DNA of 61,648 nt, the filler included, from Choristocarpus tenellus KU-1152 (taxonomy: Eukaryota > Protista > Phaeophyceae), in the NCBI GenBank assembly GCA_964200185.2. It is 9 parts of 9 records of this genome, joined end to end, with 100 filler letters (N's around TTAATTAATTAA, not from the genome) between each part and the next. Parts side by side here need not be neighbours in the genome. Positions count along the whole stretch, not along the records: positions 50,068 to 54,726 come from CAXNAD020013586.1; positions 54,827 to 58,109 come from CAXNAD020021056.1; positions 58,210 to 61,648 come from CAXNAD020020018.1; 6 more parts are not named here. One strand, written 5' to 3'. The notes below the pieces were generated by a model that made no database searches, had not been told where the DNA came from, and worked only from the letters and a program-made list of their open reading frames with translations. The position numbers were made by a program, and so were the translations under genes. Shown here one piece after another: positions 52,977 to 61,648 of this stretch. The first letter of the stretch is position 1; each line of letters begins with the position of its first letter.

Positions 52977-54501
52977 ATGCTCTGTGACAAGGCGCTGGAG
53001 GCAGGAAAGGCTCACCCATCCAATTCGCTGTTCATCGACTACAAGAACCTTCCGGAAGCTGTTCCAGAATACCTTGTGCCCAAACACTTGGGCCTTTCAG
53101 AAGACCTTGAAGAGGTGAGTGAATGATAACGATAATACATACTACTAATAGTGACAGCTATTATTGGTTCCTTGAAAAAGTATACAGGTGTATTTTGTGC
53201 CTTTTTTCAGTGTTAAGGTCCATTTTTTATACTCTTTTTTTCTCTTGTGGTCAGAGGGTTTGACATTTTATTTTCATGTTTGGGTTGGTGTGCGAGACTT
53301 TGTCAAAGATTGTGCTTAGAAGCTACACTTGATGTGGTGCACTTCCAGTTCTATCGTTGCACCGGTCAAAGAGGTTTAGAGTCAAAGTATCTTAGAGGGT
53401 AGAGCTGTGTCCATTTGGGAGTCAAAATCCAATGTTGCGATTTTGACGTGATGTTGGCTATCGTGTTTGTTAGGAAGTGTCAATATGATTGTTCCGGACA
53501 CACCTTATTAAAAGGTATACATTTTACCTACTCTGGAACATTTCGGAGTAGGAAAATGTCATAAAGAACCCGTGGGAAGCCAAGCCCCAAATGGACAAAC
53601 AGGTCAAAACTCGGTACCCTCTAAGATACCTTCACTCTTATCTTGCTTTTTGTTGAGGGTTACTGGTTGTGTGGCAGGGAAAGGTAAGGGAGGGGAAAGG
53701 CAGCATAGAGATGTTCTGCTGTAATGGCTGGTAATTTTTCAGGATCTTGAGCATTCTGATTGGTGCTCGCCTTAAAGGCACATGATAGCATGTGGAAAAC
53801 TTTCAATGAGATCCTTGAAGCAGAAAAATATGAGACCCCAAGTATCTGGGGAGGGGGAGGGGGGTCTACACCAGAGTGTCCATATGGATCAAAACCAGGA
53901 AAAGTGCACTTTCGTTATTATTCCGATGTATGGAACCAAATCACCCAAAAATCGCGATATGAATAAATTGGTCCTAAATAGACAGTCATCCCCCCCCCCC
54001 CTAGATACTTTGACCCATAATTCTTAGTGCACTGAGGTGGTTGAGTGCTATTTGGAGTAATTGAATGAGAAAAAACAGGCAAGTTTCTATTTATGGTGAT
54101 CCGATAAATGCACACAATATCATTGGGTGTAGAGACCCTTGTAGTTCCTCACCCCACCCTGCGTGGTCCTTTGGTTGAACTGACTGTAGGAGGTCTCCAG
54201 CTGGCGGGAATTGCTGCTTTCAGCATCAGGGGTATACTCTAAGGGGCAACTAGGAAATAACACAAAACATGGTGGTAAGGAAGGCAATTGGAGTTTTAAG
54301 AATGATTCAGAGGTTAAGCATCAACAAGCTTCCCCTCATGTCCTGAGGGCGGCAGAGAAGTATCTATCTGAGTCATATAAGGTCCTGCGCAGCATGGAGA
54401 GTTGGAGCAAGGAGGACAAGGAATGGTTGGATGACAGGCCCTTGACTAGGGAAAAAGAAAGTTGGGAGTCTATGACCGTTCCTAATGAGATGAAGTATTG
54501 A
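52977..54501 (+). CDS. 3' exons (52977-53114, 54190-54501) of a sulfotransferase-like protein
   Basis: FIDYKNLPEAV and YSK...FKNDSEVKHQQAS...AAEKYL..SY..L resemble the C-terminus of diatom/bacterial sulfotransferase-like proteins; clean splice sites. Confidence 0.55.
53379..53637 (+). mobile_element. MITE family A, full intronic copy
   Basis: Both TIRs present; flanks TTTA/TTAT. Confidence 0.85.
53834..54016. mobile_element. MITE family B, near full-length intronic copy
   Basis: AAGTATCTGGGG...CCCCTAGATACTTTGACCC; interior is the reverse complement of 45540-45700. Confidence 0.75.
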
Positions 54502-55299
54502 AAGAAACTAATTATAGAGAGAATGGTGTCCCGAGTGACTATCCCATAGTCTGGATGGAGCTCATTGTTTGTGACGTGTTTGTTTTATCCTCTTTGTTAT
54601 TGTAGGTGTCTTTTTCATTGTTAGTAGGCCCCCTTCATCTATCTTTCATTCTACCTCATATCTTCAATCTTGATGTTGGTGCTTGATGGAGAGCGGCAGT
54701 AGAAGGAAGAGGATGAGAATATAAAANNNNNNNNNNNNNNNNNNNNNNNNNNNNNNNNNNNNNNNNNNNNTTAATTAATTAANNNNNNNNNNNNNNNNNN
54801 NNNNNNNNNNNNNNNNNNNNNNNNNNTACTCCAAAATATTTCGGAGTAGGTAAAATGTATACGCTATGAAATGATGGGTCCGCAATAGGGATATTGACAC
54901 TTCCTAGCAAACACGGTAGTCAAAATTACATCAAAATCGCAACTTTGGATTTTGGCCCTCAAATGGACGCAGCTCTACCCTCTAAGATACTTTGGCTCTT
55001 ATGTGGCCGACATTGTAACGTGAAAGGAAACAAAAACTTGGAGTTTAGTGTTGGTTTACCCATTGGCAGACTCATTCAAAATCAAGATCGGTGGATGCAA
55101 GTTTGCACGGACGGTGTGCAGTTCGTGAATAAATGCATGTGTGTATTTATCATGTGATCTATGGTGTCCACGCGAGAGAAGGTGTGGATGTGGCATAATG
55201 GGTCAACGATGTGTACTACATGTTTAGAGTATGATTTATGAAGGAGGAGCGGGAGGTTGAAGATCGATGCGAGTGGCAAGGATGGATCAGGTCCAGGGG

Positions 55300-58092
55300 G
55301 GCGGGGAGAATCGTGTATGTAGTGTATGTGGTATGTGTTCCTCTTACAAGCGATGGGTATATTGTCGGCGTTGGCGCTGGGAAGAAAAGAGGAAGACATC
55401 ATTTTTGCGCGAGTTTACCGATTGGCAGAATTCTAGGAGAAAAGACGGTGATGGTCGTAGGTGTGTATGGACAATCTGTGCAGTCTTTTCATAAGTGCAG
55501 ATTGTGTTATCTTCATGCGACGCATCGTGTTGATGTGAAGGGAGTGACGGGTGTGGCATAAGTTCCAACGATATATATGTAGTGTGTTTGTTGTATACGT
55601 GGGCGAGGGGTGTATGTGTTGGGGTTGTCACCATCAGTGGCAAACAGAGGCGGAATTTATGGGTGGGGGGGGAGGAGGGTCGTCGTGTGGAGTGTGCCTA
55701 CCTTTGTGATGATTGCGTCTGGGAGGAACCTTGTGACCTTTGCGATAGCGCCCCTCTTCCTCTGGTGTCGGATCCCTCAAGGTGTACTGAGTTTTGGTTG
55801 CCTTGATAGTATTCACTAGAGATGAGGTTCACGGCATGCGCACTCCGTGTAGTTCCAGTCTCCTGACGGCAGACTTCACCACAGCCCCGACTCCATCGGA
55901 CAAGGACTTCCCGTGACATGAGACAAAGAAGTTGTGTACTACGGAAATTCCCATCCGCGCTAAAGACTGTGAAACCCACCACATCTGCCATCTGTTCTTG
56001 AATTGGCTGCCGCAGCCATCAGACCAGATGTGCAGGGCCTCTAGAGTCTGTCTGTATTCACTGGCTAGAGGTATTAGGCGGTCCTTCACAAGCATCTCCA
56101 CACGGCATTCTGGACGAACTCGTTATCCTGGCTTCGGTCTTCACTGCACACAGTCATGCCGTGAGCCCAAACCCTTCCATTCCTGAGATTTACCTCTTCT
56201 CTGAAATCCGTCAACCACCAGACAATTGTCAGAAGCGCCGTAAGGAATAGGTTGAAGGACTCTTGTTGTGTCAAGTCCTGGTGGTTGTGTTGCAGGTGGG
56301 CGCTGAAGTCCATGAACATGGCGGCATGTCCTTTGGGGAGGTGGGCTTTGCAGTGTTTGTATTGTTGCACCTGCCAAATGGTGGTGTTGTGATGAAGGAA
56401 GAAGCTTTTCTCGAAGTTTGCAAATATGACTTCTAGGAGTGTGGGGAATCCCTCTGTCCTTGGGAGGGAGTATCTGCTGGTTGTTTGACCAATACGCCGT
56501 GTGTGAGACACATGCAATGTACAGCGTAACTATTATTGGAATAAAATATCGCTCTCACCTTTCGCCTCCGACTGTGTTTGCCTGTGGGCCCTCTGGCGTC
56601 TTCGTCGTCGTTATCCTCGGTCCTGTTCCTCCTGAGGTCGGGGGCGGACTCTCCCACCATGCACATAGCGATAATCACAATCGTCCGTCATGAGATTGTC
56701 CGCCCTCAGCTCCGCATATTTTTCGGTGATCAACTTGATCATGTCGTCTTTGGTGGTCCCGCTTGGGGAGGCGATGCCAAGTCTAGACGACAGCGCCTGT
56801 GTGACAGTGTAAGCGGGTATATATATATACAAAATATAGCTTTATTGCAGCATGGGTGTGTGGTATGGATGTGGATCTGGTCGACACATTGCGCAGGTTG
56901 CTGGGTCGGTCCTGTACCCGTCGTGAGGGTGGAACCGGACAGGTTCGTCTTCAAAACTTAATTGGTTGGTGAGTGTTTGGATAAGGCCCACCTTTAATTC
57001 CTGGCAAGTCTTTTGTTGCAGATCCGCCTCTACCACCGGGGTGTACGCGTGGACGAACTCGTTCCATATGACACGGGTGCTGTGAGAGTCCAACATACAA
57101 GGGCACTTCCACATGGGGTGAGATTTCCAGTTGCACAGGTATCATGTACTGTCGACAAATGAATTTTGAAACCGCCCAAGGAACCGCCAGAGGACGGTTC
57201 GCTGAGGGGTTCCAGCACGGTCCTGTCGCATCTGTTTTGTTTTGATCTGTCCATGAGCGGTTTTTGTTGTCAGTGTGGATGTTTGAGTAGCGGATGGAAC
57301 GTCACCAGTGGAGTCTGGATGTGACTGCAGTACATACGTAGAGTACGTATAGTGAAACGGTTTGGGTGTGTGTACGTTGGTGTATGTATCTTTAGTGGTC
57401 TCATTATTTTGGATAGCCATTACAGCTCGTCGCGATAACACATTCGCCACATCAAGGATGTGGTTTGGAAGACAAGCTTACAAGAGGAAGGCCATTAAAT
57501 AAGCACCACTTTCGAGTGCGGTCTCCACTTCTCTAGTCCCACATCCTTTGCCTTTGTCGCAGAATTCAGAATTCGTACGTGCATGCGCAAGCGCGTTGTC
57601 CATTCATCACGAAAGCTCATTCTTCCATGTACTTTCTTCCAGTTCTCTCTTAGGCACTGAACCTGGAGGTCGGTGGCCATATGGTGGATGCAAACGCATG
57701 ATCTGTGTTGCGCGGGAGAGTGGAGGGAGGAATGCGGTCGGTGGGTTATCCTTGCTTGTGTGTGGACACTCATGATGCATTACGTGACTGGCTATCCTGT
57801 GGCGGTTAGGAAACGTGGAGTTGCCCTGTCGCCACTGTAGCGTGTATCCAAAAAGACGAGAGACTATTTCCGCACATACCTTGGCGTGGCCTTTGAAAAG
57901 TAGAACGGTCTCCACTTCACGAATGTTTACAGACAGGGTATTGGCCTGAGATCCCCTCCTGTTCGAATCTCTCCTTGAAGTTGGCATAGACATCCTCATC
58001 TGTGCCAATCTGTGACCTGTTGTGACGTCGGTTGTACCATGTGTATGTAGTGTATTGTCACAGTTTTGTTGGAGGGTGAAAATGTTACACAA
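55300..58092 (-). mobile_element. Sola2-type DDD transposase pseudogene (catalytic core 55829-56517)
   Basis: FFLHH..WQ...MDFSAH..HQD..Q; SEDRSQD; HIWSDGCGSQFKNR; NFFVSCHGKSLSDGVGAVVK; frameshift near 56100 and stop at 55829. Confidence 0.8.
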
Positions 58093-58395
58093 TGATTATT
58101 CCATGACGTNNNNNNNNNNNNNNNNNNNNNNNNNNNNNNNNNNNNNNNNNNNNTTAATTAATTAANNNNNNNNNNNNNNNNNNNNNNNNNNNNNNNNNNN
58201 NNNNNNNNNATAACACTAGGTTATTCGACACAGAGGGGGTTGTCGGGTGGCAGTGGTGGATTACTGGGTGTTTGGACCCGGAGGTGGCTACGGGAATGTT
58301 GAGTTTGGGAGTAGTGGAGTTAGTTGTGGGATTGCCCAGCAAGGAAGCCTGGGTGTTTGGGGTGATTAGGGTGACGTGGTGCACTAGAATTGAAC

Positions 58396-58659
58396 GAGTG
58401 AAAAAAAGTATCTTAGAGGGTACGAGTTTTGCCCTGTTTGTCCATTTAGGGCTTGGCTTCCCATGAGTTTTTTTAATGACATTTTCCAACTTCAAAATGT
58501 GTCGGAGTAGGTAAAATGTGTGCGTTATGAAAAGGCGTGCCTGGAACAAGGATATTGACACTTCTTGACAGACACGATAGCCAAAATTACAACAAAATCG
58601 CACCATTGGATTTTGGCCCCCAAATAGACGCGGCGCTGCCCTCTAAGATACTTTGGCTC
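58396..58659 (-). mobile_element. MITE family A, full copy with exact 4-bp TSD GAAC
   Basis: GAAC|GAGTG...TTGGCTC|GAAC. Confidence 0.88.
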
Positions 58660-59440
58660 GAACTAAGGTGGGTGTGGTTGGGGTATTTGGTGGGTGGTAA
58701 GGTAAGAGAACAGTGGTGTTGGAGGTGAGGGGGTGCAGTTGTGGGCGAGTTAGGGATGTGAAGACGCCGAGGTTGATTGTGGAAGGAAGAAGGTACGTTG
58801 GGTCTGAGGTGTGGGATTAAGGGACTGTGGATGGGATGGGCAGGCTGTAAGGAGCTTCTGTTTAAGTGGAGAGAGGGTTAGGATGAGGTGTGGGAGGGGT
58901 CGAAGGGTAAAGGTTAGGAAGGAGTGGGCAGTGGTCTTGAACAGGTGTTGTAGTGGGTTGGGGAGATGTGATGGGGAAACAGTGTGGCTGAGGTCCTCGT
59001 CTGTAGGTTTGATATATCAGTGGTGTTGATGTTGTGGGTTCCTACGCCGGTTCTGTGATGTGTAGATGGGGGAAGGGTCTTGATCAGGTTCAGTGGTGTT
59101 TGTGTGGGGGGGTGGTAACTGAGGTCGTTGATCGCTCAGTCAAGATTCATGTGATGTGAATTCAGTATTTTTTCATGAGATACTCACCGAAAGAAGTCCA
59201 TGCTCTGTGGAGAGGCTTATTACCTCGGCAGACAAGGGTTTCCATGGATGGTTTAACTCTGAAAATATAACGTCCAGGTGTGCATCAGGTACACTTATTG
59301 CAGAGTGAGCTCGGTGCATTATGAGGGGTCAATGACAACCAAGGAAGGACTAATAATCAACAATTAATGTACGACTGTCATCTTCTGGTGGTAAGAAGAA
59401 AGAGAGAAAAAAAAGGGGAAACAACAGAATAACAGAACAA

Positions 59441-59697
59441 AAGTCAAAGTATCTCAGAGGGTAGAGCCGCGTCCATTTGGGAGCCAAAATCCAATGTTGC
59501 GATTTTGATGTAATCTTGGCTATCGTGTTTGTTGGGCAAGTGTCAACGTCCTTGTTCCGGACACACCATTTCATAAGGTATACATTCACCTACTTCGAAA
59601 CATTTTGGAGTAGGAAACTGTCTTAAAAAAAAGTGGGAAGCCAAGCCCCAAACGGACAAACAGGGCAAAACTTGTACCCTCTAAAATACTTCTACTC
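59441..59697 (+). mobile_element. MITE family A, full copy
   Basis: Both TIRs; flanks ACAA/ACAT. Confidence 0.85.
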
Positions 59698-60009
59698 ACA
59701 TGCTTGAATCAATATTCGATGCAAGTCAAGTGGCGCATACTATTCCTGTGATGATAATTGATGTGGTGATGGTGAACTAGTGACAGTAATGACCAGTGCG
59801 TAACGGACCAATGAGCAATCAGTATTGACTGGTTGAATTGAACTGTGTCAAGGGAAAAGCAAATGAGTAGCCAATGTTTTAACACCTTGGTGGGGGAGAA
59901 CTACTTCTGCACTCTTGTTGTAAGTGATGCTTGGACAAATTGGCATTGTACAAAGAACAGCGTTGAAACCTGGGATTGAATTAATTGTGCTCTTGTACGG
60001 GTGGCAGGT

Positions 60010-60460
60010 TGGTTGTAGTGAAGGGGTGCCGTAGCGCAATGAAGCACTGGTGCATTCATTCTGATGAACCTAGTGATATGCTTTGCACAGTCAGAGGTTA
60101 TCTGGTATGGCAATGTAGGGTTTCCGTGGTGCATTCAAAGAAAGAGATTAATGCTCTGTATAGAGGCTTGTCACCTTGTGAAGAAGGGGTTTGTGGATGC
60201 TTCTACTCTGAATATATTTAAGTGTAAACGACACACACAACTGGATGCAATATATCCAGAGTTAAAACATCCTTAGAAACCCTCCTTCACAAGGTGCCAA
60301 GCCCCTACTCAGAGCATATACTTCTTCCTTTGAGCGTATCAAGGAGTACCCACAGCATTGCACGAAATATCCTCTGACTGGGCACAGCATATTACTAGGC
60401 TCGTCAGAACAAATCCACTGGAGCTTCACTGCACTATAACGTCCCTTCTCTACAAATCTG
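60010..60460. repeat. Diverged ~200-bp inverted pair, with a third copy at ~59120-59280
   Basis: 60010-60220 aligns with the reverse complement of 60240-60460 and with 59190-59275. Confidence 0.75.
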
Positions 60461-60596
60461 TCACTGCACAAGAAAGCATGATTCTTCAAATCTTAGGTTT
60501 CAATAGGTTATGGGCCTCAACGCATAAACAACTCGTATGACCTCGTCTTATACTACCTACCACTTTGACCACATCAGATAATTCTACTGCATCATC

Positions 60597-60953
60597 ATGG
60601 AATGCACCCTGAAACTCCCCATCTTTTCTGGCGATAATTCATCATGGAACGCCTTTAGACTGAACTTCGTGGGAATTCTGAGCTGCATAGGACCTTGGGC
60701 CCATTGTACCCCAGTCCAGAGCATCTCCAGCCCGTCTGTTATGATCACTTTCATAACCACTACCATTATCACCCTAACATCTGTCTTTGCTGAAGACAAT
60801 GGCCAGCTGTTCGGCATACTTCTCACCACCTGCTGTGGACCTGCCAAGTCCTCCTCCATGGCCTCTAGCAATGTGACGAGGCTAACTTCAATGATATCCT
60901 CTCTGCTTCGCATGCCCTCAACATCAAGTACGAGGCGGCAAGTTAACAACTGA
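60597..60953 (+). mobile_element. Copia-like gag N-terminal fragment
   Basis: LKLPIFSGDNSSWNAFRLNF and NGQLFGILLTTCCGPA resemble retrotransposon gag starts. Confidence 0.4.
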
Positions 60954-61124
60954 TGTTATGCATGATGTCCATCGCCGTTTTGAGCAGTGCTTTTACAGGT
61001 GAATAGCGCAAGCAATCTATTTTCCGCGTGCAACATGCGCGAGCAGTATACATACGTAAGAATTCATACAAGAGGAACTTTGAGTTGATAGGAGATGCAG
61101 AGTAAGATTCAACATGCGTACATG

Positions 61125-61407
61125 GAGTGAACGCATCGTAGAGGGTACGAGTTTTGCCCTGTTTGTCCGTTTGGGGCTTGGCTTCCCGTGTTTTTTTTTA
61201 TGATATTTTCCATGGGTTTTTTTTATTACATTTTCCTATTCCAAAATGTTTCAAACTAGGTAAAATGTAGACGTTATGAAAAGGTGTGTCTGGAACTAGG
61301 ATGTTGACACTTCCTAACAAACACAATAGCCAAAATTACATCAATATCGCGTGATTGAATTTTGGGTCCAAACGGACGCGACTCTTCCCTCTAAGATACT
61401 TTGACTC
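61125..61407 (-). mobile_element. MITE family A, full copy with a small internal duplication
   Basis: Both TIRs recognisable. Confidence 0.8.
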
Positions 61408-61648
61408 ATAACCTCACAGAATAGACGCCAATTCTTGGAATTTGCAGAATAACGATTTGTAATTTGAGTACGTATACAATGGGTGGCAGATGTCTTTCAA
61501 TTGGTAGTCTGTAGAATCTGGGTGCATGATGCAAATAAAGAATACTTTGACTGCCACTCATTGCATCTCTTGCTTACTCTATATTATGAGTGAAAGTACT
61601 TAGAGGGTACGAGTTTTGGGGTCAAAGTATCTGGGGGGGGAGGGGGGG

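Overview
Eukaryotic, intron-rich DNA, most likely from a photosynthetic stramenopile (ochrophyte, brown-alga-like). Three proteins carry signal peptide plus ASAF-type plastid-targeting N-termini, introns are typically several hundred bp to about 1.7 kb, and poly-C/G tracts are common. The window is not contiguous: nine contigs are joined by artificial 100-nt N44-TTAATTAATTAA-N44 linkers, so adjacency across linkers is not evidence. Spliced genes reconstructed by eye: proteasome activator PA200/PSME4 (3' end not reconstructed), plastid ribosomal protein L17, mitochondrial calcium uniporter MCU (partial), histone H3.3, a D27-like beta-carotene isomerase, an LRRCC1/VFL1-like LRR protein (partial), a DUF1279 protein, and fragments of coiled-coil, gelsolin-like and sulfotransferase-like genes. 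Two findings stand out. (i) A tandem pair of box C/D snoRNAs in intron 1 of the L17 gene; they have non-canonical C boxes, a compensatory stem change, and a guide predicting 18S rRNA methylation at the yeast Am974-equivalent site. (ii) A decayed Sola2-type DDD transposase together with two related, very abundant MITE families (about 12 and 5 copies) whose termini fit Sola2. Also present are a CACTA-type MITE, decayed Copia and probable LINE remnants, an unclassified 350-bp dispersed repeat and several AAG splice acceptors. I found no convincing novel multi-gene system.
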